From IMG/VR virus record IMGVR_UViG_3300037586_003684, positions 1 to 36,966 of that record: a stretch of 36,966 bases of DNA; one strand, 5' to 3'. This document shows, piece by piece, positions 15,983 through 24,286 of this stretch. Position numbers and translations under genes: made by a program. The notes beneath the pieces were generated by a model. The model was not told the DNA's origin. It did no database searches and saw only the letters and a list, made by a program, of their open reading frames with translations. Within the stretch, counting starts at the first letter, position 1; the number at the start of each line of letters is the position of its first letter. Origin of the DNA: a virus (Duplodnaviria; Caudoviricetes).

Positions 15983-16036
15983 GGGTGCGTCTCCGGTGTG
16001 CGAGGTAGCGGGCCCTGGACCCGCTACCCCGTGGGT

Positions 16037-16906
16037 CTATGCTGCGTTGCTCCTGCGGAGCGCCGAGCCGAGTGCGCCATGCATGGCGAGACGGTAGCCA
16101 GCACGCCTTGAACCGCGCGACGTTCCATCGCATCCACCACAGTCTACACAGGGTAGACCAATGGCATCGGCGAGACACTCGCGCAAGCCCAGCGCCGTGA
16201 ACGCACTATCATCCGCCTCGGACTCGGACGCTGCGAAGGGTCGCCAGCCCGCCGACTTGGCACGTAGGGCATCCGCGGGCCGTCCGACGCTCGCCATGAA
16301 CAAGGTAGCCCACTCGATGGGCAGGCTACGCCACTCGGCTGTATATCCGAGGTGTCGCTTTGCCTCGGACGCGAGACCTTGCCAGACCGACAGGGGTACC
16401 GCGGACGGGTCGCCCTCCATACCGAACCGCATAATTGCGTCGCGGAAGAACCCCGTGGGCAGGTGCGAGGGGTCAATCTGCCAGCCCGACCCTATCGGCA
16501 TAGGTGTACCGTGGGCTTCGAGGTAGCGGATAGCGGCTTCCCATGCCGCCTGTAGCCTGCTCTTATTCACGTAGCAGGTTCCCGCACCCCCGCGGGGCTT
16601 CGACTTGTGGCCGCATGCGTCGGGGCACACAGCCCCGTCTAGTCCGCGTACCCACGCCTCCATGGGGCTACGCGCCTGTGCCATGATAGCGAGCTGTATC
16701 GCGTCGCCCGTCTTGCCGTTGTCCGATGGCTCCCGTACGCGGGTCGCTACGACCATAACGGCTTCGCCATTCAAGCGAGACGGGCCAGCCCACACCACGA
16801 CGCTCGTGGGTATGTCCGCTATCCTAGTGATCCCTAGCAGGGATTTAAGGTGTTTCTTGTAGAGCTTGCGCCACTGGTTCGGCGCGCGCTTTCTTCTGTC
16901 AATCAT
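16037..16906 (-). CDS. Conserved Cys-rich phage protein (gp88/DUF7227-like, probable Fe-S/Zn binder)
   Basis: GPS.L.G...VVAT, SDNGKTGD.IQ, VC...C.H...CYV, RFG..GDP.AVP, H.GYT..W, MASV, GWR.F, CxxCxxC: a pattern I recognise from a widespread phage family. Confidence 0.6.
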   Translation of the reverse strand: MIDRRKRAPNQWRKLYKKHLKSLLGITRIADIPTSVVVWAGPSRLNGEAVMVVATRVREPSDNGKTGDAIQLAIMAQARSPMEAWVRGLDGAVCPDACGHKSKPRGGAGTCYVNKSRLQAAWEAAIRYLEAHGTPMPIGSGWQIDPSHLPTGFFRDAIMRFGMEGDPSAVPLSVWQGLASEAKRHLGYTAEWRSLPIEWATLFMASVGRPADALRAKSAGWRPFAASESEADDSAFTALGLRECLADAIGLPCVDCGGCDGTSRGSRRAGYRLAMHGALGSALRRSNAA

Positions 16907-16935
16907 GGTTACCCCTTGTTTGAATGTCTACAGGT

Positions 16936-16964
16936 AGATTATTCCGTGGTGGTATGAATGTCCA
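16936..16964 (-). promoter_or_regulatory. sigma70-type leftward promoter
   Basis: TGGACA-17-TAATCT; spacer carries CCACCACGG. Confidence 0.65.
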
Positions 16965-17148
16965 CACAATTCGTCAAGTTAATTTGGGCGCTGCAATGGG
17001 CGGAGCTGTGCAACGGGCGCGCGGGTACCGCGCCTTGCCGGCCTTGCCGGCTATGATTTGACAGCTCTTGAGCTGGACCTGGAGATCCGCGCAGCTGTGC
17101 CCCGCCCCCTCTTGCGAGGGAGCTCCAGGGCTTCGAGATGCGTGCGGG

Positions 17149-17358
17149 CTATACGAGTCCGAGTGCGAGCAACCACGACGGGCAACCGCCGAACGTGGTA
17201 CCGTCCGGTTCAATGGGCGAACCGTCCAGTGCTTCGCACACACTATCGAACACCCACGCGCGTAGGGTTTCGAAGCTGGGTGTATCGTATCGGGTACCGC
17301 GCCATTCGATCCACGCGGGCAGACCGTCATCGTTGATAGGTCCCTGTGTTAGTTCCAT
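17149..17358 (-). CDS. Hypothetical early protein (69 aa; P..E.L..W..DSVCEA.DG..IEPDG....G.PSWL)
   Basis: CGGAG RBS in a repeated leader; motif pattern seen in small phage proteins. Confidence 0.7.
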   Translation of the reverse strand: MELTQGPINDDGLPAWIEWRGTRYDTPSFETLRAWVFDSVCEALDGSPIEPDGTTFGGCPSWLLALGLV

Positions 17359-17361
17359 GGT

Positions 17362-17556
17362 TCAGTCTCCGTTGGTGGTAGCGTTGTAGGTTGCGCGGAA
17401 TGCGTCGCACCGCGCCTTGTAATCTTCCCACGACTCACCGTCGTGGGGCGGCCCGGGCAATGCCGGGCAATCGTGTACGTTGAAGTCGAGTGCGGGCATG
17501 ATTGCCCCGCATCCCGTGCAGCGCACGGCTCCAGTACTGTCTCCGTTCCCATTCAT
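17362..17556 (-). CDS. Small Zn-finger-like early protein (64 aa)
   Basis: CTGC...HDC; same 20-nt leader as the next gene. Confidence 0.65.
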   Translation of the reverse strand: MNGNGDSTGAVRCTGCGAIMPALDFNVHDCPALPGPPHDGESWEDYKARCDAFRATYNATTNGD

Positions 17557-17559
17557 GGT

Positions 17560-17646
17560 TCAGTCTCCGTTGGGGTTGTTGGGGTAGAGGTAGGCGCCCC
17601 ATGCGAGCCAAAGCCCGCACAGAGCGTAGACACACAGCCACGTCAC
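17560..17646 (-). CDS. Membrane micropeptide (28 aa, MTWLCVYALCGLWLAWGAYLYPNNPNGD)
   Basis: GTGA overlap with the upstream stop; ends in the repeated leader. Confidence 0.45.
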   Translation of the reverse strand: MTWLCVYALCGLWLAWGAYLYPNNPNGD

Positions 17647-17783
17647 GAGGTCTGCCAGCAAGGCAGGCATACGGGCACTGCATCGTATACGAAGAACCCA
17701 TAGCCCGCGCGATAGGCAAGCCCGACCTTGTAGCGGTGTAGGTTTTCATAGCGCGGGCCATGGCAGTCGTAGCAGCGAGTCAC
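17643..17783 (-). CDS. Cys-rich microprotein (46 aa, CYDC...CLPC)
   Basis: GAGG RBS; GTGA overlap. Confidence 0.5.
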   Translation of the reverse strand: MTRCYDCHGPRYENLHRYKVGLAYRAGYGFFVYDAVPVCLPCWQTS

Positions 17784-18214
17784 GCGATACCTCGCTCACG
17801 GGCGTTCACGGTGGACACGTGGTCAGCGGTAAGGCGATGAACCTTGGTTGCGCCTGAACGCAACATTGTGCCGAGTGCTCCGCGTAGCGCGTCGAATAGG
17901 GCGCGGTCCGAACCCTTCGCATCCTCAACTTTTGAACGGTCGCCCGCTTCGATTTCTCTCTGGACCTTGTCACGGGTATCCGCGTTGACCTTGGACGCGA
18001 GTAGCAGCGCGATTGTCTGGTAGGGTAGGGGCTTACTGGCTTCCCTGTCTTCGCTCACGGTTACCGTGGCTGTGAGCCTGTGAGTGTAGGCGGTGCCGTT
18101 GACTACCACGGTTGACACGACGTCGACAGGTTCGGACCCGACGGCGGCATCCTTGCGCGTCTCCGCTGCGAGCTGGGCGTAATACTTGGACAAGGTCTTA
18201 TATGTTGCGTGCAT
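17780..18214 (-). CDS. Hypothetical early protein (144 aa)
   Basis: CCGGAGAAAAC-ATG leader identical to that of the gene at 18524. Confidence 0.75.
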   Translation of the reverse strand: MHATYKTLSKYYAQLAAETRKDAAVGSEPVDVVSTVVVNGTAYTHRLTATVTVSEDREASKPLPYQTIALLLASKVNADTRDKVQREIEAGDRSKVEDAKGSDRALFDALRGALGTMLRSGATKVHRLTADHVSTVNARERGIA

Positions 18215-18293
18215 GTTTTCTCCGGGGATTGGATGGTTGACACGGTAGCCGTATCGACAGGTGCACGGGCCGACCCGTGCAACCATCGGGCGG

Positions 18294-18524
18294 CTATCGG
18301 GGCTCTCCTGCGAACCGCACGGTATGCGTGTTCATATGGTGGTAGTTGTACAACGTGAACCCGGGCGGGTTCCCGTTCGGCCACAACTCACGGAACAGGG
18401 CACTGTCGGTAGGGTACGTGGCACAACGACTCGTTGCGTATTCGTGTAGCAGCACGAGGGCCGCGGAAACGGTGCGCTCTTCACGCGCCGTCTTTGCAAT
18501 GGTCATGAAGCGGGCAAAGTTCAT
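18294..18524 (-). CDS. Hypothetical early protein (76 aa), first gene of the leftward block
   Basis: GGAG RBS; directly downstream of promoter 18564-18593. Confidence 0.7.
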   Translation of the reverse strand: MNFARFMTIAKTAREERTVSAALVLLHEYATSRCATYPTDSALFRELWPNGNPPGFTLYNYHHMNTHTVRFAGEPR

Positions 18525-18563
18525 GTTTTCTCCGGGGATTGGATAGGCTTAATGCCTACACCC

Positions 18564-18593
18564 ATTATCTATTAGGTCATACCGTCCTGTCAA
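18564..18593 (-). promoter_or_regulatory. sigma70-type leftward promoter
   Basis: TTGACA-18-GATAAT with AT-rich upstream sequence. Confidence 0.65.
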
Positions 18594-19006
18594 GGGTAGC
18601 GGGTACGAATTCTAAAAGTAGTTTTTCACACACAAAGTAGTACAGCGCTGTACTTGTTCGCGTACGGAGTAGTGCGCGCGCACCTTGTTGTCGTGTTTTG
18701 CGAATACTCCCAGGAACACTGGCGCCGGCGCCGGCGCGCGGACTTCGAGCTGTCGACGGCCTATGCTGGCATCTCCCTAACAGCTTGTTCTAATCCGACC
18801 CTTCGCCCACGTGAGGGTCCGACCCGCCACAGTCCGGCGACCCGCCGGAGATAGAGGGTGCGGTACCACGGTCGCCCCGCGTGCGTTCGGTGCGGAGAGC
18901 CGGAGACCCCACCACCCCCCATCGCGCGATGCCGGGCCCCTCCGGAGAGCCCCCTCAAAATCCAAGACCATTTTTCAAAAACACAATACCATCGTGTTAA
19001 TCTTCG

Positions 19007-19035
19007 TTGCACGGCCTTAACTATCTTGGTATGCT
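19007..19035 (+). promoter_or_regulatory. sigma70-type rightward promoter
   Basis: TTGCAC-17-TATGCT with TG extension. Confidence 0.75.
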
Positions 19036-19083
19036 GTGTCTCGAAGCCGGAAAGCCGGCGCCAAGTCAAACGAAGGAGAAATC

Positions 19084-19836
19084 ATGGCATGCGGAATCTG
19101 TAGAAAGCCCGGACACAACCGACGAAGCTGCGCGGCTGTTGCAGCTGTTGCGGCTGCGGAGACCTGGCCGTTGCTCACGGAGCACTCTCTAAACAAGCCG
19201 AAGCCGGTCGAGGTCAGTCCAGCGTCGGTAGCCTCTCAGCTCACGGACCTGACGGGCCAGCGCTTCACCTGCGAGGGCGCGCTGATGAAGTTACTGAGTC
19301 GAGAAATCGTACTCACGCTCGAGGACGAAGTGATGAGGCGGCTCGACGCCCAGGTCGCGGTCGTGGCCCAGGGTGCAGCTGCCAGGGAGTTCGGCATCGA
19401 GGTGACCCGCGAGGTGACCGCTCGAGTCGCGCTGCTCAGGGGCCTGGACGTCATGGAAGCAGGCGCCGGGGTGTCGAATGGCAGACCTGACCAGGCGAAC
19501 CAACCCGCCCAACAGCTTCACGAAGAAAAAGCTGAAGAGGATGCAGTGGTTGATCGTAACACGGATGGGACCATCAGGACCCCTCCGGGCTGGGAACTGT
19601 GGAAGTCTGCCGTTCCGGAGGAGCAGATGTCTGTCGATGACTACTACTCCAGCAAGGGCTGGGGACGGTGGTGTGGTCAGGTGGGCAACGAGACCATCGT
19701 GTTCTACTGGACCAACAAGGAGTCCCTGCAGGGCGTGACTCCGTACACGGAGTCGGATGAGACGGGCAAGACCATTATCGTGCAGCCGACTCCATGGGGT
19801 GAGGGGCACATCGTTCCGGCGGGCTGGGCGAGTTGA
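19084..19836 (+). CDS. Protein with N-terminal CCHC zinc knuckle (250 aa)
   Basis: AAGGAG RBS; MACGICRKPGHNRRSC. Confidence 0.7.
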   Translation: MACGICRKPGHNRRSCAAVAAVAAAETWPLLTEHSLNKPKPVEVSPASVASQLTDLTGQRFTCEGALMKLLSREIVLTLEDEVMRRLDAQVAVVAQGAAAREFGIEVTREVTARVALLRGLDVMEAGAGVSNGRPDQANQPAQQLHEEKAEEDAVVDRNTDGTIRTPPGWELWKSAVPEEQMSVDDYYSSKGWGRWCGQVGNETIVFYWTNKESLQGVTPYTESDETGKTIIVQPTPWGEGHIVPAGWAS

Positions 19837-21188
19837 TGCGCTTTGTCGAGCTGTTTGCCGGAGCAGGAGGGATGTCACTCGGACTGCAGGCTGCGGGGCA
19901 CGAGCACCTGCTCGGCGTCGAGTGGGACAAGGACGCTCACACGACCTACGTGGGCGGAGGATTCGAGGGTGTTCGTGGAGACGTCAGGGACGTTGGGGTC
20001 GTTGACCGCATCGTCGCCGCGTGTGGAGGAGAGCCCCTGGACCTGTTGGCGGGCGGTCCTCCTTGTCAGGCGTTCTCGAATGCGGGGAAGCGGGGTGCGG
20101 CACACGACGACCGCAACGGCTGGCCGTGGTTCCTGAGTGTCCTGCTCAAGCTCAAGGGACAGGGACTCGGGCCCACCTGGTTCGTCTGTGAGAACGTCAA
20201 GGGGATGCTCTCGCATCGCAAGAAGGCACACGGAGGCAAGTACACGGGCGTGGTCGCGGATGACGTGATGGCGTGCCCACGATGCTACTGGGACGAGGTC
20301 TTGCTGCCTGCGTTCAGAGACGTCTTCGAGTGGGTCGACTGGTGGGTCCTGAACGCAGCGGACTACGGGGTTCCTCAGCGGAGGCACCGAGTATTCCTCG
20401 TGGGTGGGCCCAGACGCATCGAGCCGCCGATACAGACGCACAGCCAACAGGCCCTGGTTCACGACAAGTGGGTGAGCAGGTCGTACTGGGAGCGCCTTGG
20501 CATCAATGCAGTGGGTGCGCCCTCCAAGGAAGAACGGCGCGTCTTGAAAAAGATGAACGGTGTGACACCACAACACGCACCGTGGAACACCATTCGACAG
20601 GCCCTCGGCCTGGAGCAGGTCGTCGGTGGCGGGAGGAATCCTCAGAGCCCGGAGCTGGCAGAGAAGCGAAACTTCAGAGACCTCACAGACGAGCCTTCTG
20701 TCACCATGGCGGCTCAACAGGTGGGCAATCGCGGTCCCTGGTTCTCTGCCATTCGACACCAGAGTCCGTCTGCAGGAACGATTCAACATCCTGTCGATGC
20801 GCTCTGCCCCACGGTCGGGGGGAAGGGTGTGCTCTATGCAGAGGCGGAAAAACAGGAAGGCACGCACAACCCCCACTACCACGCGCATCGACTCGAGATG
20901 CTGGACAAGCCGAGCGTAGCTGTCTGCGCCACGGAGGTGAAGGGTGCGCGCCACCAGAAGTGGACCCCCGATAAGTCTCCGATGCGGGCCAGTGACCAGA
21001 TCTTTCGCGCAACGGGACGGAGGCGACTGACTGTCGAGGAGTGTGCACTCTTACAGGACTTTCCACAGGACTGGGAGTTCAACGGGACGAAGGCTTCACG
21101 TTACATGCAGGTAGGAAACGCAGTCCCGTCCAGGCTTGCCCGAGCGGTCGGTCTGGCTATCGCCAAAGGCGACGTTGATGGGAAGTAG
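19836..21188 (+). CDS. dcm: C5-cytosine DNA methyltransferase
   Basis: Motifs LFAGAGG, GGPPCQ, ENV, QRR.R, R.LT..E...LQDFP, VGNAV; no cognate endonuclease adjacent. Confidence 0.93.
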   Translation: MRFVELFAGAGGMSLGLQAAGHEHLLGVEWDKDAHTTYVGGGFEGVRGDVRDVGVVDRIVAACGGEPLDLLAGGPPCQAFSNAGKRGAAHDDRNGWPWFLSVLLKLKGQGLGPTWFVCENVKGMLSHRKKAHGGKYTGVVADDVMACPRCYWDEVLLPAFRDVFEWVDWWVLNAADYGVPQRRHRVFLVGGPRRIEPPIQTHSQQALVHDKWVSRSYWERLGINAVGAPSKEERRVLKKMNGVTPQHAPWNTIRQALGLEQVVGGGRNPQSPELAEKRNFRDLTDEPSVTMAAQQVGNRGPWFSAIRHQSPSAGTIQHPVDALCPTVGGKGVLYAEAEKQEGTHNPHYHAHRLEMLDKPSVAVCATEVKGARHQKWTPDKSPMRASDQIFRATGRRRLTVEECALLQDFPQDWEFNGTKASRYMQVGNAVPSRLARAVGLAIAKGDVDGK

Positions 21189-21381
21189 TCCCGCCGAAGA
21201 GGCGCTGTCACTCGTGCTGCCTGCCTTGTTCTCTGCGGAGGCTCACGTGGTCAGACAGCAGAGCCACGGGAAGCACGAACAGGACCGTATCGACGCGGAA
21301 GAGTGGGTCGAGAAGTTTGGGGGTCTCATGCACCAGTTGAGAGGTTACGGCTTTAACGGAGAAGAAGATGCCCAGAGATGA
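21178..21381 (+). CDS. Hypothetical protein (67 aa)
   Basis: Overlaps the MTase end; coding-like composition. Confidence 0.5.
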   Translation: MGSSPAEEALSLVLPALFSAEAHVVRQQSHGKHEQDRIDAEEWVEKFGGLMHQLRGYGFNGEEDAQR

Positions 21382-21598
21382 TTTCCAGAGACTCTGTCCG
21401 AACGGTCACCCCGCGAACGGAGCTCCTTGCGCCCACTACAAGTGTGAGAGGCGCGCGACTGTACCCGCTCCCGCACCACGGGAGACGAAACCCACTCCCC
21501 TCGAGCCGCACCCGCTCGACCTGCGCCTCGACAAGATCGAGGTCATCCACTGGGATGGCCCTCTACGAGATGGTCAGCCGCCCAGGGGCCACAAGTAG
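21368..21598 (+). CDS. Small Cys/His protein (76 aa)
   Basis: GGAG RBS; CPNGH...CAHYKC. Confidence 0.5.
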   Translation: MPRDDFQRLCPNGHPANGAPCAHYKCERRATVPAPAPRETKPTPLEPHPLDLRLDKIEVIHWDGPLRDGQPPRGHK

Positions 21599-22188
21599 CA
21601 CTCGGTCTCGGCGCATCCCTTGGCGGCTACACGCAGCAGACCCGCGACTCCGGCAGTCGTGAGGATGGACGAGTCGATGAACAGCGAGAGGTGCTCGACC
21701 TCACCGACGAGGTCGTCACTCTCATCGAGAGCGCGGAAGGCCATGTTGTCGAGGTGGAAGGTGAGAGTCTCACCCTCTGCCTTCAGACCCGTGACCTCGG
21801 TGACTCCGACCTTGAAGTTGCTGTCCTCGACGACTGCGTTGGGCGGATCGGCGACGAAGCTGTCGGAACCCTCTCCCCACATCGCGAGGAGCATCGGAAG
21901 TGTCAGGTCGAACGCCTGGCGCTCCGGGCGGTCTGTGAACGCGAGAGCCGTGTTGAGGTCGTCTGCGTTGAACGAGAGCTCGTGCCTCGTGTCGTTGACC
22001 TTCGTGACGGTGCCTGCCTCGATGGCGACGACGAACAGCAGCTTCGCTGGGGTGTCTGGGCTCTGGGCGCTGAGACGGTCGGCGAAAGCACGGACGGTCT
22101 CGGCCTTGGTGTTCGTCGCTTCCTCGGCATTACCCGAGCAGGAAATGAGAGCAGCGAGCGCTACACAGGAAAATAGTCTTTGAGTCAT
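21574..22188 (-). CDS. Predicted lipoprotein (204 aa)
   Basis: Signal peptide with lipobox-like LISC; conserved-looking FTDRP.R and DSF..DPPNA motifs; GAGGAGG RBS. Confidence 0.7.
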   Translation of the reverse strand: MTQRLFSCVALAALISCSGNAEEATNTKAETVRAFADRLSAQSPDTPAKLLFVVAIEAGTVTKVNDTRHELSFNADDLNTALAFTDRPERQAFDLTLPMLLAMWGEGSDSFVADPPNAVVEDSNFKVGVTEVTGLKAEGETLTFHLDNMAFRALDESDDLVGEVEHLSLFIDSSILTTAGVAGLLRVAAKGCAETECYLWPLGG

Positions 22189-22238
22189 GGTTCCTCCTCG
22201 ACAGGGGTAACCCGTTAAGGAATGACCATGGATGAAGA

Positions 22239-22622
22239 TCAGGCCTTCTTCCGCCCTCGAGTCGTCCTGGCGGTGCTCTTCTTCGTGGTGTTCGTCCTGG
22301 GCCTGGGCGTCGGGCTGGCCTTGATTTTCGCCTTCTCGGACTTGACGGCTGGTTTCGGACTCCTGGGCGCAGCGACGGGAGCGGCGACGGGAGCAGGGGC
22401 AGTGACGTCTCTGACCTGAGTGGCAGTTGTTCTCAGTGAGCGCAACATGTCCACCACAGCGGATACATCCTCGACGCCCCTCACCGTGAGGGTTCCGGCC
22501 TCCTGGCGACCGGTAGAAGTGGTCTCTACGCTGTAGTCGTCGAGACCGAGATTACGCATCGCCTGGTGCGCGAAGGCCTCGAGCGACTGCTCTCTGGTGA
22601 GCTGCATGGTGAAGTCGGACAT
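22239..22622 (-). CDS. Protein with Lys/Arg/Pro-rich histone-like tail (127 aa)
   Basis: AAGGAG RBS before ATG 22622, right after the scaffold stop. Confidence 0.7.
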   Translation of the reverse strand: MSDFTMQLTREQSLEAFAHQAMRNLGLDDYSVETTSTGRQEAGTLTVRGVEDVSAVVDMLRSLRTTATQVRDVTAPAPVAAPVAAPRSPKPAVKSEKAKIKASPTPRPRTNTTKKSTARTTRGRKKA

Positions 22623-22635
22623 GGTGTCTCCTTGA

Positions 22636-23562
22636 TTACGTGCCGAAGATGCCACCTTCGGCGTCCTGTGCGGAACGTCGGAGGGCACCGAGTAGGTCAT
22701 CGATTCCACGGCTCTCGCCAGTGGAGGTTCCGCTGCTCTGGCCCGTACCCATGTTCATCAGGTCGACGCTCTTGGGAACAGCCTCTGGCTCTGGCGGTGT
22801 CTCGACCACGGGAGCGGGGTAGCCTCCACGGATCATCTTGAGCGCCTGCTCTCTCGAGGCGCCTGCCTGCATCCCTGCGATGAGGAACCAGAAGGCCTCT
22901 TCGTTCGCGATGATGTCGGGAGCGCTCTCTTGGAGCCACGACTGGAACTCGTCGATGGCGGTCTCGGTCTCTTTCTCTTCGACGGCACGGGCTTCGTCGG
23001 CTCGCTTCGCTTCGGCAGATTCGAACGCCTTGAGCTGAGTCTGCAACTCTTCGTGCTTGCCTATCTGCTCCTCGTACTTGCTCTTCCAGTTCGAGTCTGC
23101 CTGGGCACCCATCTCGTCGTACTGCTTCTTCAGCGCATCGAGAGCACCCTTGTGGGCCTGCTTGATGTCGTCGATCTCGCGCTGCTTGTCTGCGAGGGGG
23201 TCGGCATCTCCGTAGAGCCACTGACGAACGCGCTCTTCCTGGGCGGACAACTCCTTCTCCCGCGTAACCAGGCTCTGTCGCCGGGCCGCGTTCTCCTGGG
23301 AGGTCTTGGTGAAGCCGCGCTCGAAGTTCTTGTACTTGGACTCGATGCCCTTGAGTAGCGTCTCCCTGACGTCGTCTTTCAGACCCGAGAGCCACTCGGC
23401 ATTCTTCAGGTCGTTGACCTCACCGTTCCAGTCGAACGCTGGAGGCGGCTCTGCAGATTCGACTGGTTCAGCCGACTCAACGGGTTCTGCGCTCTCTACG
23501 GGGGCACTCTCTGCGGACTCCGGGGCTGAACCAGCCTCGGCTACTCCGTCTACTTCGCTCAT
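22636..23562 (-). CDS. Probable capsid scaffolding protein
   Basis: Acidic, coiled-coil, repetitive N-terminus (VESAEP x3); in the portal operon. Confidence 0.6.
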   Translation of the reverse strand: MSEVDGVAEAGSAPESAESAPVESAEPVESAEPVESAEPPPAFDWNGEVNDLKNAEWLSGLKDDVRETLLKGIESKYKNFERGFTKTSQENAARRQSLVTREKELSAQEERVRQWLYGDADPLADKQREIDDIKQAHKGALDALKKQYDEMGAQADSNWKSKYEEQIGKHEELQTQLKAFESAEAKRADEARAVEEKETETAIDEFQSWLQESAPDIIANEEAFWFLIAGMQAGASREQALKMIRGGYPAPVVETPPEPEAVPKSVDLMNMGTGQSSGTSTGESRGIDDLLGALRRSAQDAEGGIFGT

Positions 23563-23570
23563 GTCGTCTC

Positions 23571-24062
23571 CTACATGGGGGGCATTTCAGGGGGCATACC
23601 TGCCGGCGGTCCTGCGGGCGCGCCTTCGGCGGGCGCCATCTCCAGGGCCATGGCGGCGTCTTCGGAGCTGATGTCTTCGATGGAACCAGCGATCTTCTCC
23701 AGCTCCATGCGAAGCTGCATGTCGATGAGAAGTGCCTCGGCGAGCTCTTCGGGGGACATACCCTCGGTACGTCCCAGCTGCTGGGCAGCATCGTAGAGCG
23801 CACGGGCCTTGGCTTCGTCGATCTCGAGGCGCTCTGCGAGCACGGACACGTCCGGTCCGACAGGCTCGTCGCCTTCATCCTCGACGACTTCCTCCTCGAC
23901 AACCTCACCCTCGAGCGGAGCTTCGGCTTCAGCGCCCTCGGGCCCACCCTCGGGAGCACCTTCGGGCCCACCGATCTCGGCGAGGATACGGTCAACCTCG
24001 TCCATCAGGGGCTTCATGTCCTTTTCGGGGACGATTTCCTTGGGGGGCGCTTCTTCGGGCAT
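23571..24062 (-). CDS. Highly acidic Pro/Glu-rich protein (163 aa)
   Basis: GGAG RBS; operon continuity. Confidence 0.7.
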   Translation of the reverse strand: MPEEAPPKEIVPEKDMKPLMDEVDRILAEIGGPEGAPEGGPEGAEAEAPLEGEVVEEEVVEDEGDEPVGPDVSVLAERLEIDEAKARALYDAAQQLGRTEGMSPEELAEALLIDMQLRMELEKIAGSIEDISSEDAAMALEMAPAEGAPAGPPAGMPPEMPPM

Positions 24063-24064
24063 GA

Positions 24065-24286
24065 CTACTCCACCTGTTGGGTGAGTGCGTCCTCGTCTGC
24101 CAGTTCAAAAGCGACCGGAAGTCCGAGGCTGAGGAGGTTCTTGTTGGAAAGGTGTCTGCGTTCTCCGGTGGCACGGTCTTCGTATACCACCATATCACGA
24201 TAGGCCACTTCGCCCACCTTGCGTAGACTACGCGGATGACTATCTGCCAGGCTGTGGGCCTTGTCGAGGAGATCGGGGTTCATCAC
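24065..24286 (-). CDS. Hypothetical protein (73 aa)
   Basis: Overlap coupling with neighbours. Confidence 0.6.
   Translation of the reverse strand: MMNPDLLDKAHSLADSHPRSLRKVGEVAYRDMVVYEDRATGERRHLSNKNLLSLGLPVAFELADEDALTQQVE

Noticed and set aside
1642-20204. Internal CAAGGGG matches to sRNA loop 2 (~1642, ~5737, ~20198)
   Set aside because: Deep inside coding regions and far from starts; not counted as targets. They show that the loop-2 seed alone is less specific than the loop-1 seed.
19875-20954. Long antisense ORFs (e.g. 359 aa opposite the MTase, 289 aa opposite the helicase, 260 aa opposite the MCP)
   Set aside because: Shadow frames expected in high-GC coding DNA; no RBS or recognisable motifs.
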